This document shows positions 1 to 9,023 of a stretch of DNA of 33,885 nt, one piece after another (the stretch's first letter is position 1; the number at the start of each line of letters is the position of its first letter). Location: NCBI GenBank assembly GCA_964588425.1, contig CAZPPN010000002.1:1-33885 (forward strand). The letters are read 5' to 3'. The notes beneath the pieces were generated by a model that was not told the origin of the DNA, did not search any database, and saw only the letters and a program-made list of their open reading frames with translations. Both the position numbers and the translations under genes were made by a program. This DNA comes from an uncultured Ruminococcus sp. Lineage in GTDB: Bacteria > Bacillota > Clostridia > Oscillospirales > CAG-272.

Positions 1-435
1 TACAGCTTCGCCGATGATTTCACCGACGGGCATACGGGGAGAGAGGGAAGAGAACGGGTCCTGGAAGATGATCTGCATCTTTGTGCGGAGAGCTCTCATT
101 TCCTTGGGGGAGAGGTCGTAAACTTCCTGACCGTTGAAGAGCACCTGACCGCCTGTTTTCTCGCCTGCAAGTCTGAGAATGGTACGGCCTGTTGTGGTCT
201 TACCGCATCCGGACTCACCTACGAGACCCATTGTTGTACCTCTTTTGAGGTTGAATGTTACGCCGTCGACTGCTTTTACATAGTTGACGACTTTCGCGAT
301 CATACCGTCCTTGATGGGGAAGTATTTCTTGAGCGCGTTTACCTGAAGAATATACCGGGGATCGTATTCAACGGGGGTGAAGTTGTTGTCGATCACGAGA
401 TTCTGTTTTTTATCATTATTCTTCTTTTCTGACAT
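1..435 (-). CDS. ABC transporter ATP-binding protein, oligopeptide/dipeptide type (OppF/DppF-like); N-terminal 145 codons, 3' end beyond the window edge
   Basis: Absent from the ORF track because there is no stop in the window. Minus-strand ATG at 435-433 is preceded by GGAGGG (450-445). Translation reads MSEKKNNDKKQNLVIDNNFTPVEYDPRYILQVNALKKYFPIKDG...TTMGLVGESGCGKTTTGRT (Walker A)...MQIIFQDPFSSLSPRMPVGEIIGEAV. The gene starts 3 nt after the stop of the OppD-like gene. Confidence 0.9.
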   Translation of the reverse strand, partial: MSEKKNNDKKQNLVIDNNFTPVEYDPRYILQVNALKKYFPIKDGMIAKVVNYVKAVDGVTFNLKRGTTMGLVGESGCGKTTTGRTILRLAGEKTGGQVLFNGQEVYDLSPKEMRALRTKMQIIFQDPFSSLSPRMPVGEIIGEAV

Positions 436-437
436 GA

Positions 438-1583
438 TTATTCACCCTCCTTTTCGTAATATCTGTAACAGGTTACCTTGTGTGTGGGCGAGAGACTGAT
501 CATCTTAGGATATTCGCCGGAGCAGTTCTCAACGCACATTTCGCAGCGGTCCTTGAAATAGCAGTAGTTGGGCATATTTACGGGGTTCGGAACCTTGCCG
601 GGGATGGAGTAGAGCTTGTCAACTTTCTTTCCGACGCTCGGTTTCGACGCCATAAGACCGATTGTATAGGGATGCGAGGGATGCGCAAAGATCTCTTCAA
701 CCGTACCCTGCTCGACAACTCTGCCCGCATACATAACTACTACATAGTCAGCCATTTCAGCGATAACGCCGAGGTCGTGAGTGATGAGCATGATAGAGGA
801 ATTGATCTTGTCCTTGAGGCTGCGGAGAAGGTCGAGGATCTGTGCCTGAATTGTTACGTCGAGAGCTGTTGTAGGCTCGTCGGCGATGATAAGACGGGGA
901 TTGCAGGCAAGAGCCATCGCGATCATTACTCTCTGACGCATACCGCCGGAGAGCTCGTGGGGGAACATCTTGTAAACACCTTCGCTGTTAGCGATACCTA
1001 CCATTTCGAGAAGCTCGATGGTGCGTGCTTTGATCTGTTCTTTTGTCATGTTCTTGCCGTCGTGAAGCTCGATTACTTCGTCAACCTGCGCGCCGATACG
1101 GAACACCGGATTGAGGCTGGTCATGGGCTCCTGGAAGATCATGGACATATAGTTTCCGCGGAGTTTTCTGATGACATCCATCGGAAGCTTTGTGATATCG
1201 TATGCTTTGTCTCCGATATTGAGACGGATTTCACCGCCTACAACCTGTCCCTGAGGACGCTGGAGAAGCTGCATAATTGAGAGACTTGTTACGGATTTGC
1301 CGCATCCGGATTCGCCTACGACGCCGACAGTCTTACCTGCGGGAACGCTGAACGAAACACCGTCGACTGCCTTTACAACGCCGACATCGGTGAAGAAGTG
1401 GGTGTGAAGATCGTCGATTTCGAGTACATTTGCGGGATCGTGCATCTTTGTGAGATACTCGCTCTCGGGTACATTTTTGCGGTTGCGCTGTTTTTCGAGA
1501 TTATTTGTAATTTTGCGGTTTTCGCGGGAGATGCGTCTGGATTCCTTCGCGGAGAGATAACCGCTCTGTTTGTTTTTTGCCAT
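438..1583 (-). CDS. ABC transporter ATP-binding protein, oligopeptide type (OppD/DppD-like) with a ~50-aa Lys/Arg-rich N-terminal extension
   Basis: 381-aa ORF with Walker A GESGCGKS, ABC signature LSGGMRQR and Walker B LIIADEPTTALD. It has the C-terminal Opp-type extension (SHPYTIGL...). GGAAGGAG RBS lies upstream of ATG 1583; stop is TAA. Confidence 0.93.
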   Translation of the reverse strand: MAKNKQSGYLSAKESRRISRENRKITNNLEKQRNRKNVPESEYLTKMHDPANVLEIDDLHTHFFTDVGVVKAVDGVSFSVPAGKTVGVVGESGCGKSVTSLSIMQLLQRPQGQVVGGEIRLNIGDKAYDITKLPMDVIRKLRGNYMSMIFQEPMTSLNPVFRIGAQVDEVIELHDGKNMTKEQIKARTIELLEMVGIANSEGVYKMFPHELSGGMRQRVMIAMALACNPRLIIADEPTTALDVTIQAQILDLLRSLKDKINSSIMLITHDLGVIAEMADYVVVMYAGRVVEQGTVEEIFAHPSHPYTIGLMASKPSVGKKVDKLYSIPGKVPNPVNMPNYCYFKDRCEMCVENCSGEYPKMISLSPTHKVTCYRYYEKEGE

Positions 1584-1601
1584 ATTCAGTATTCTCCTTC
1601 C

Positions 1602-3275
1602 TTAACGCTTCATCTTGGGGTCGAACGCGTCACGCAGACCGTCGCCTACGAGGTTGAATGCCAGGATCGTAAGAAGCAGGCAGACACCGGCGGGGATCCA
1701 GATGAACAGATACTCAGTGAGAACGAATGTGTCGTTTACGTCATTGATGATATTACCCCAGGATGCGAACGGGAAACGAACGCCGAGACCGAGGAAGGAA
1801 AGTGTAGCTTCTGTAAGGATAACGCTGCCAAGACCCATTGTACAGTTTACGATGAGCTGAGGCATAACATTGGGTACGAGGTGCTTGAAAATACGTCTGG
1901 AAACTCTTACGCCGCACGCTTCGGTAGCTGTCATGAATTCCTGTTCACGGAGAGAGAGGATCTGACCTCTTACGAGACGGGCAATACCTGCCCAGCCGAG
2001 GAAGCCGAGAATCAGCATAAGGTAGAGCATACGGATCTGAGGATCGACGTTTTCGTTATCCATCATTGCGCCGAGGATGATAATAATGGGAGTAGAGGGG
2101 ATGCAGTAGAAGATATCAACGATACGCATGATGAGGTTGTCGACCCACTTACCGAAGAAGCCTGCGATACCGCCGAGGATAACGCCGATTACCGTCTGGA
2201 TAGCGATAACTATGAAACCGATCATGAGGGATACGCGGCCGCCGTACATAAGACGTGTGAGCATATCCATACCGTTACGGTCTGTACCGCACCAGTGAGC
2301 AGCGCTCGGAGCGGAATATGCGTCGATAACGCGGGTGGAAACTTCCTGTTTTACATTGTAGAGTTTCTTTGCAGCGTCGTATTCGAGAGTATATTCAGCT
2401 TCAACGCCTTCGGAATCTGTGTAAATGAACACATCCTGATCGCTCTCGATAGCTTCGATGATGCCGCTTTTGAATTCAGCGGTAAGGAATACGTCGGGCA
2501 TTTTCGCCTGAACGATGTACTGACCGATTGTTGCGGTTTCGCTGCCGCCGGATAAAATGGAGTCTGCTTCGTCGATTGTGTAGTCTGCGGAATCGGCTGA
2601 GAATGCTGTCTCACCGTTTGTGTAAGCCTTGAGCGCGTTGAAAACAAATTCGTTTGAAAGTGAAGCGCCTGCCTGAGTGGATGTTACGATATCCTTGTAA
2701 GCGATACCGATCATCTCACCGTCGAGGGAAACACTGAAGAAGTTTTCGCCTTCGTAAGTTACAGTGTAAGTAATGTCGCGGAAAGTAAATTCAGTCTTGG
2801 ACTGCTGGGATGCGAGGAGAGACTGAGCCTGAATAACACCGGAGAACTTTTCGCTGTCAAATGCTGTGTAACGGTATTCTTCGTTCGCGATCACGCCTGC
2901 GTAGTCTTTGCGCTGAAGCTCGTCGCGGTAGAAGATCTGATCTTCTTCATAGGGGGAGATAAGTCCGCCGAGGAAGGAGAAGAGGAACATCGCCACGAGA
3001 ACGGAGAGACCGACCACGGCGAGTCTGTTTCTGAAGAAACGCTTTGCAACGAGCGCGCTGGGAGAGAGAACTTTTACTCGGCGGTCGTCGTTGAGGGAGA
3101 ATTCATCGGAAGAATTGTTGTCAGAGGAGTTTCCGCTGCCGAATTTTTCCTTGATTTCATCGGTTTTCTTGTCGACATTCTGTTTCAGAGCGCGTCCGGG
3201 AACTCCCTGAAGACGGGCAGGGTTGGCGTTGTCGACCACATTTGAATTTTTGACTTTATCCATATTGTCACGCAT
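1602..3275 (-). CDS. ABC transporter permease (OppC/DppC-like) carrying a ~230-aa extracytoplasmic insert after the first TM helix
   Basis: 557-aa ORF. The C-terminal half has permease TMs and an EAA-type loop (LSLREQEFMTATEACGVRVSRRIFKHLVPNVMPQL). TM1 (LAVVGLSVLVAMFLFSFLGGLI) is followed by a long non-hydrophobic segment that ends at HWCGTDRNGMD. AAGGGGGA RBS lies before ATG 3275. Confidence 0.9.
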   Translation of the reverse strand: MRDNMDKVKNSNVVDNANPARLQGVPGRALKQNVDKKTDEIKEKFGSGNSSDNNSSDEFSLNDDRRVKVLSPSALVAKRFFRNRLAVVGLSVLVAMFLFSFLGGLISPYEEDQIFYRDELQRKDYAGVIANEEYRYTAFDSEKFSGVIQAQSLLASQQSKTEFTFRDITYTVTYEGENFFSVSLDGEMIGIAYKDIVTSTQAGASLSNEFVFNALKAYTNGETAFSADSADYTIDEADSILSGGSETATIGQYIVQAKMPDVFLTAEFKSGIIEAIESDQDVFIYTDSEGVEAEYTLEYDAAKKLYNVKQEVSTRVIDAYSAPSAAHWCGTDRNGMDMLTRLMYGGRVSLMIGFIVIAIQTVIGVILGGIAGFFGKWVDNLIMRIVDIFYCIPSTPIIIILGAMMDNENVDPQIRMLYLMLILGFLGWAGIARLVRGQILSLREQEFMTATEACGVRVSRRIFKHLVPNVMPQLIVNCTMGLGSVILTEATLSFLGLGVRFPFASWGNIINDVNDTFVLTEYLFIWIPAGVCLLLTILAFNLVGDGLRDAFDPKMKR

Positions 3276-3293
3276 GATAATGTCCCCCTTTCG

Positions 3294-4280
3294 TCAGGAT
3301 ATACGCACGCGGGGGTCAACCACGGCATAAAGGATGTCGGAGAGAAGGTTTCCGGCAAGTGTGAGGATTGCCATGAATACCAGATAGAACATAGAGAACG
3401 GAATGTCGCCGGATACCATGGAATGGTAAGAAGCATAACCGATTCCGGGGATCGCGAAGAGTGTTTCCGTAATGAGAGCGCCGGAGAAAAGTCCGGGGAG
3501 AGATCCGCCGATGATGGTAACGAGCGGGATGAGAGTGTTTCTGAAAGCGTGGTGGTAGATGACCTTCTTTTCGGAAAGACCCTTTGCGCGCGCTGTGCGG
3601 ATATAGTCGGAGCTGAGAACCTCGAGCATATTTGTTCTGGTGTAACGAACGAGACCACCCATGCTTACAACAACGAGAGTTGTGACGGGCATGATAAGGT
3701 GTTCAGCCTTGTCGAGGAGCTGACCGAATGCATTCAGTGAGTTATAATCGCGTCCGACAAGACCGTAGAGGTCGAACCATCCGAGTTCAACAGAGAACAG
3801 GAGCTTGAGCAGGGACGCGAAGAAGAACGTCGGGAGAGAGATACCCGCAAGAGCGATAACGGAGATCGCATAGTCGGACTTGGAATACTGCTTTGTAGCT
3901 GCGATGATTCCGAGCGGGATAGCGATGATGAGTTCAAGAACGAACGCGATAGCGCCCATTACGAACGAGAGCCATACTGTGTCGTTGAATTTTTCTGTTA
4001 CGGGAACAGTCCATTTCCAGCTGTCACCGAAATTGCCGGTGAACATACTTCCGAGCCATGAGAAGAAGCCGGGGATGATACCCTTGTCCATGTTGTACAT
4101 GGATTCGAGCTGAGCCATCCATTCTTCAAAGCTCTTGGAGTTGGGCTGCATGGATTTCTGACGGGCTATCGATTCGATATACGAAGTCGGGAGACAGCGC
4201 ATCAGGGCGTAAATGATAAATGATACAAAGAAAAGTATTACGACCGAAGTTAAGATTCGTTTTATGATATACTTTCGCAC
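3294..4280 (-). CDS. ABC transporter permease (OppB/DppB-like)
   Basis: 328-aa ORF with a GTG start at 4280-4278 and GGAGG 7 nt upstream. EAA loop YIRTARAKGLSEKKVIYHHAFRNTLIPLVT; six hydrophobic segments. Confidence 0.92.
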   Translation of the reverse strand: MRKYIIKRILTSVVILFFVSFIIYALMRCLPTSYIESIARQKSMQPNSKSFEEWMAQLESMYNMDKGIIPGFFSWLGSMFTGNFGDSWKWTVPVTEKFNDTVWLSFVMGAIAFVLELIIAIPLGIIAATKQYSKSDYAISVIALAGISLPTFFFASLLKLLFSVELGWFDLYGLVGRDYNSLNAFGQLLDKAEHLIMPVTTLVVVSMGGLVRYTRTNMLEVLSSDYIRTARAKGLSEKKVIYHHAFRNTLIPLVTIIGGSLPGLFSGALITETLFAIPGIGYASYHSMVSGDIPFSMFYLVFMAILTLAGNLLSDILYAVVDPRVRIS

Positions 4281-4488
4281 GTTTTAACCTCCGTTTGATT
4301 TGCGGTTTGGAATTTGATCTGCCATGAGAATCCGGTCAGATGAAATGCAGAATATAAAAAGATTCCGGCGACAGCCCATTTCGGCAGAGTCTTTTCATAT
4401 TCTGTTTTCACAGACAGGTCATTACATATCAAGCAGCGCCTCCACGGATTTTTTACGTGAAGCCGCTGATTCATAGGTAATAAAAGTA

Positions 4489-4542
4489 AGAAAAACCGGT
4501 GTTATCCCGCCGTTTTCACCGATCGGCAAGACGGGATAACAC
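4489..4542 (-). terminator. Intra-operon hairpin plus U-tract (attenuator/partial terminator) between the SBP gene and the permease genes
   Basis: 11-bp perfect stem GTGTTATCCCG (4499-4509) / CGGGATAACAC (4532-4542). On the minus strand it is followed by CGG TTTTT (plus-strand A-run 4491-4495). It lies 72 nt downstream of the SBP stop. Confidence 0.7.
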
Positions 4543-4613
4543 AAGTTTATTTCTTATTCATTCAACGTCATTTCTCAGATTGTCGGGTGAATTTGAACTG
4601 TACTATCTTCAGA

Positions 4614-6875
4614 TTAGTTAAGCTCAATATTCTGAATTTCAGACATCCAGCCGTAGAATGTTGTGATATCGGGAGTCATTGTGTCCATGTTCACACGTTC
4701 TGTGCTGAAGATGATAGCGTTCTGTCGCTGGTATACAGGAATTTCAACTGCCCAGTCAACAACGATATCAAGACATGTCTTGTACATCTGCTTTCTGTAT
4801 GCCTGGTCCATGGACTTACGAGCATCCATGATGAGCTGGTCGAGTTCAGCGTCAGCGATGTCGTACATATAGTTGGAACCACCGGCGTTAGCGCCGCCGT
4901 TAGCTACGTCGGAGTAGTAGATCTGGTACATATCCGGGTCAACTGTTGCGCCCCATGCAGCACACCACATATCAACACTGTCAGCGTCGAGAGCTGTCCA
5001 GAGGTCTGCGGAGTTAGCGAGGTCCTTAACAACGAGGTCGATACCGATTTCAGCAAATGCTTCGTCTGCGAGTGTGCAGATCATGAAGGACGGGTGGTCG
5101 CCTGCACCGTCAGCGGGGATCCAGAGCTCGTATGTGAGGGAAGCGCCTTCGGGAGCAGCTGTAACCTTGCCGTCTTCTACTGTGTAGCCTGCAGCTTCGA
5201 AGAATCCGAGAGCAGCAGCCTTAGCAGCAGCGTACTTTGCGTCAGCATCCATGTCGGATGTGTAGATGTCATTACCGTTTACGTCAACGGAGAATGCAAC
5301 CTTGTAGCCTGCGTCAGTTGTCTGAGGAGCAGCCCAGGATGTGTTGGAGATAGGATAGTTGATAACGGAAGCTCTTTCGCCGTAGTAAGAGTCAACGGAT
5401 ACGTCACGGTATACGGAAAGAACTGTTGCGATAGCCTTACGGAGGTTCTTGGAAGCATCGGAAGCAGGATCGCCGCCTACGTTAACGCGGTTAGCGCTCA
5501 TACCGATGTAACCGTAACCGAGGTTGTCAACAGTGTTAACTGTAACAACGCTGCCGTTGAGTTCGCCGCCGTTAGCAGACTTGACAGCTGTAACTGTGTT
5601 TGTATCGAAAGAGGGGTCTGTGATATCGATTGTACCTGTTGTAACACCGTTGAGCTTATCAGCTTCCTGTGTTTCCATGAAGTTTACATACTTGATCTTG
5701 GGTTCGCCAAGGAAGTAGTTTTCGTTAGCTTCATAGTAGATAACACCGTTTTCGAACTTGATGAACTTGTAAGGACCGGCGCCCATGGGTACTGTTGTCT
5801 TCGCGCGAACGGAAGAGAGGTCACCCTTTGTGAAACCGAACTGGTTATTGTCGTAGTTGTAGAGATCATCGCTGCCGTAGTAGTGAAGAGGAGCGATTGT
5901 AACGCCGAGCTGGTAGATAGCTGTTGCGTCAACTTCTGTGAGAACAACGCGGAGTGTGTTGTCGCCTGTCTTCTGGATACCCTTGATGTTCTGAGCGGAA
6001 TCACCTGTCTGAACACCTGCGATCATAGAAGGATCGAGCTTAGCTGTGAGGAAGCTTGTGATGGATGTGCCTGCTGTTTCGTAGTTGATACCGGCGTCGG
6101 ATACATCGTAACCCTTAGCTTCAACGATAGCGTTCCAGAAATCGAGAGCTGTTGCGCCTTCAGCGAGTGTGTAACCCCAGAGGCCGGCAGATGTTGTTAC
6201 GTCAGCTGCGCCGTAGGAAGCGTAGTTGGCGAGACAGTAGTCAACGATTTCCTGAGCGAATTCTGTACCTGCAGCTTCGAATGCTGTCCAGAAAGCGGCA
6301 GCTTCTTCGGCTGTGTAGAATTCTGTGCCTGCTGCGCTTGCTTCGGGACCGTCAGCGAGGATGAGAGTCCACTTAGCGGACATACCTGCACGGTATTCTT
6401 CCATACCTTCGATGGGAAGTGCGAAGAATGTTGTACTTCCGTCGTATGTCGGGTCAGCGTAAACGTACATCGAGAAGATTACGTCGTCGATTGTTACTTC
6501 TTCGCCGTCAGAGAATTTCATACCGTCTCTGAGAGTGAAGTCGTAGTAAACTGTTCCGTCTGCGTTTTCTGTAACAACGAGATCGGATGCGCCGTAGTAG
6601 GTGTAGTCGGTACCGTTATAGGGAATTGTTTCGCCTTCGATACCCTTGTAAATGATTGCGCCTGTACGGTCGGATGTGAGAAGACCGATCTGAGTCATTG
6701 CCTGTGCGTCCTGGTCATAACCGGACTCCGCGAAGAACGGGGAGAACTTGCTTGAGAAGGGAGCATAGCCGACTACAAGCGGGGTGGAGTTGTCCTTTGC
6801 ACCGCATCCGGCGAGTGTGCCTGCAGTCATAAGAGCTGCGAGAGCAAGTGCAAGAACCTTAGTCTTTTTCTGCAT
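4614..6875 (-). CDS. Extracellular solute-binding lipoprotein, ABC family-5 (OppA/DppA-like), unusually large (753 aa)
   Basis: Signal peptide with lipobox MQKKTKVLALALAALMTAGTLAGCG. AAGGAGAGG RBS. Strong codon bias: no TTA/CTA/TCA codons across ~713 codons. First gene of the transporter operon. Confidence 0.9.
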   Translation of the reverse strand: MQKKTKVLALALAALMTAGTLAGCGAKDNSTPLVVGYAPFSSKFSPFFAESGYDQDAQAMTQIGLLTSDRTGAIIYKGIEGETIPYNGTDYTYYGASDLVVTENADGTVYYDFTLRDGMKFSDGEEVTIDDVIFSMYVYADPTYDGSTTFFALPIEGMEEYRAGMSAKWTLILADGPEASAAGTEFYTAEEAAAFWTAFEAAGTEFAQEIVDYCLANYASYGAADVTTSAGLWGYTLAEGATALDFWNAIVEAKGYDVSDAGINYETAGTSITSFLTAKLDPSMIAGVQTGDSAQNIKGIQKTGDNTLRVVLTEVDATAIYQLGVTIAPLHYYGSDDLYNYDNNQFGFTKGDLSSVRAKTTVPMGAGPYKFIKFENGVIYYEANENYFLGEPKIKYVNFMETQEADKLNGVTTGTIDITDPSFDTNTVTAVKSANGGELNGSVVTVNTVDNLGYGYIGMSANRVNVGGDPASDASKNLRKAIATVLSVYRDVSVDSYYGERASVINYPISNTSWAAPQTTDAGYKVAFSVDVNGNDIYTSDMDADAKYAAAKAAALGFFEAAGYTVEDGKVTAAPEGASLTYELWIPADGAGDHPSFMICTLADEAFAEIGIDLVVKDLANSADLWTALDADSVDMWCAAWGATVDPDMYQIYYSDVANGGANAGGSNYMYDIADAELDQLIMDARKSMDQAYRKQMYKTCLDIVVDWAVEIPVYQRQNAIIFSTERVNMDTMTPDITTFYGWMSEIQNIELN

Positions 6876-6989
6876 GATTTCCTCTCCTTAAAAAGTGAAA
6901 TTATGTAATGAAATTTATGTAAACCCGGACGTGCCGGATATTACCGAAGATGATGTGCGTACTGATAATATGCTCAGTACACTCACTTC

Positions 6990-7631
6990 TCACTCGTTCA
7001 TGAGTGAATGTGTCATTTTTTTCCATGTAACGGCGCGCGCGAGCTTTCTTATACCGAAGAAGTGTAAAAATATATTTACCTTTGTGAAAAGGTAAATCAG
7101 GGTTGCGGGTATATTGCTGTCAAAGCCGTTTATGATCACATAGAAGATGGTTGCCGCGAATGATACTGCCGTGAGTAACTGCGCTGTTTTTGTCCGTCCG
7201 TCGATTTTTGCGAATGTCGCCTCGTAGACGTATTCTCTGAGCGCATCTCCCGAGTACCCGTGGTATGTCATGCGGCACATGATCCACAGGATGCTCACAG
7301 CCAGCGAGATCTCTGCGATAAACGGCAGGATCACGTAAAAGCAGTTCAGCATTCCGGCAGACGGTATACATCCGCCGATCACACAGAACAGTACGGCTGC
7401 ACATGAAAGCGCGGTCATCTCGAGATACATCCTGCGAACCGATTTTCCCCCAGGCGGCATCGGAGACATTCTGACGCCTGTGTAGATGTATGCTCCGCTG
7501 TCGTCCGGCTGAAAATCACGCAGGTACGCGTGCTTGTTTTTTCTGTCTTTTTGATCTTTATTATTGCTCATTACGGTAAGAGTTTCTGAGTTTGATTTAC
7601 GATATGGCGCAAAGAAAAAGCGATAACCCAT
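6990..7631 (-). CDS. Hypothetical integral membrane protein (about 4 TM segments); the true start may be the internal ATG at 7571 (193 aa)
   Basis: 213-aa ORF with hydrophobic segments LSCAAVLFCVIGGCIP, CFYVILPFIAEISLAVSILWIM, AQLLTAVSFAATIFYVIING and ATLIYLFTKVNIFLHFF. Neither candidate start has a convincing RBS. No family recognised. Confidence 0.55.
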   Translation of the reverse strand: MGYRFFFAPYRKSNSETLTVMSNNKDQKDRKNKHAYLRDFQPDDSGAYIYTGVRMSPMPPGGKSVRRMYLEMTALSCAAVLFCVIGGCIPSAGMLNCFYVILPFIAEISLAVSILWIMCRMTYHGYSGDALREYVYEATFAKIDGRTKTAQLLTAVSFAATIFYVIINGFDSNIPATLIYLFTKVNIFLHFFGIRKLARAVTWKKMTHSLMNE

Positions 7632-8075
7632 ATCAACACAATATTATAACAAATATATAAAGAAAATTCAATAAGTTAACGCAATATTTTTCATCCTATT
7701 TGGCATAATTTTTTGGAAAAATGATTCATATTGTACAAATTCCGCAGATTCTGCCGGCTAAAACGTCTATTTTTTGAATTGTTCTTTAGTTTTTTGGGGC
7801 AGGAATCTTCAGTCAACAATTGCCCCGACGCTATTGTACGCACTTTTTAGTATTAAACTTTCAGGTTCGTATTCTATATTACTCATTATAACACAAAACG
7901 CCGCATAATACAAGCAATTTTGCCCGAGGAACACTTTTTTGTGGAAAACAGTCATGCAAAGGCTCGGTTTTAGGATAATTTTACCAAAATTGCAATGCTG
8001 AGCCGAAAATACAACCCGAACTTGAAGCGCAAAAAATAAATCTCCGAAACGGAGAAAAACGCAATATTCGGGATG

Positions 8076-8104
8076 TTGACTCTACTGATGGTAGGGTGTA
8101 TAAT
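8076..8104 (+). promoter_or_regulatory. Sigma-A type promoter for the tandem XRE regulator genes
   Basis: TTGACT (8076-8081), 17-nt spacer, TATAAT (8099-8104). A perfect 10-bp palindrome GGTCCGGACC (8115-8124) lies just downstream of the predicted start site. Confidence 0.7.
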
Positions 8105-8156
8105 ATAGTCACAAGGTCCGGACCCCTTTCAATTCAACAGAAATGAGGTTAAACAT

Positions 8157-9020
8157 ATGAACGAAAACATTTTTGCCGAAAATCTTATAAAGCTCAGAAC
8201 AGGAAAATCACTCACGCAGGAAGAAGCGGCGGCATCCCTCGGGATCTCGAACAAGACTCTCTCAAAATGGGAAAACGGCTCATCCTCGCCCGATCTCGAT
8301 ATGCTCGTGAAGCTGGCGCAGTTCTATGACACAACGACGGACTCACTCCTCGGCATATCCGACAGCGGAAAGAAGAGTTACATTGATGTAATAAACGAAG
8401 AATTCGATCAGCTCGAGGGAAGCGCCGTGCTTGAGCGTACATTCCCGATGCATTTCGATACCATCCGATCGCTTTTCCGCAGGTTAACTGTGCTCAATGA
8501 TGACAATCCCGTAATACCTGAGAAGCCGTGGGATTACAGCTCATCGAGATCAAAGATACAGGTACGTACGTTCTTCGATTTCATGGTCGCATCTGATGAC
8601 GTGAACATGAGCGTCACGCTGTACGGCAATAAGAACAACTGGGCATGGCTTGAATGTGAGGAAAAACGCGCTGAGACCGAGAAGATTTTTGCATTCCTTG
8701 CAAACGATGACGCCCTCCGACTCTGCAAGCTGATCCACACCGACGGATTCCCCGATCACTTCACCGCGGACTATGTTGGCGGACTGCTCGGAATATCGGA
8801 AGAGTGTGCGGCGGAAATTCTCGAAAAATCCTGCGAAGCGAAGCTGTGTACAAAAGAAGTCGCGCATCTTGTTGAGGGTGAGAAGAATCTTTATGTAAGC
8901 TGGGGCGACGGCAAAATTATGTCCTTGATCGCGCTTGCATTCGAACATATGACGGGACATGAAAGCTATGATTACTGCTACGGCGGTGCTGCAAAGATGA
9001 TTACCAAGGGGGAGGAATAA
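8157..9020 (+). CDS. XRE-family (Cro/C1-type HTH) transcriptional regulator with a ~220-aa C-terminal domain of unknown function
   Basis: N-terminal LTQEEAAASLGISNKTLSKWENGSSSPDLDMLVKLAQFYDTTTDSLLG. GAGGT RBS. 287 aa. Confidence 0.88.
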   Translation: MNENIFAENLIKLRTGKSLTQEEAAASLGISNKTLSKWENGSSSPDLDMLVKLAQFYDTTTDSLLGISDSGKKSYIDVINEEFDQLEGSAVLERTFPMHFDTIRSLFRRLTVLNDDNPVIPEKPWDYSSSRSKIQVRTFFDFMVASDDVNMSVTLYGNKNNWAWLECEEKRAETEKIFAFLANDDALRLCKLIHTDGFPDHFTADYVGGLLGISEECAAEILEKSCEAKLCTKEVAHLVEGEKNLYVSWGDGKIMSLIALAFEHMTGHESYDYCYGGAAKMITKGEE

Positions 9021-9023
9021 GAT

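Noticed and set aside
4587-6755. Very long antisense ORFs: 722 aa opposite the SBP gene, 515 aa at 14652-16199 opposite the LamG gene, 385 aa at 1398-2555 opposite OppC, and 266 aa at 480-1280 opposite OppD.
   Set aside because: All four are codon-aligned with the sense gene, since their start offsets are multiples of 3. They exist only because the sense genes avoid TTA, CTA and TCA codons. Their translations are Cys/Val/Phe-rich low-complexity strings with no RBS and no recognisable motifs. The opposite strands carry unmistakable transporter and lectin motifs.
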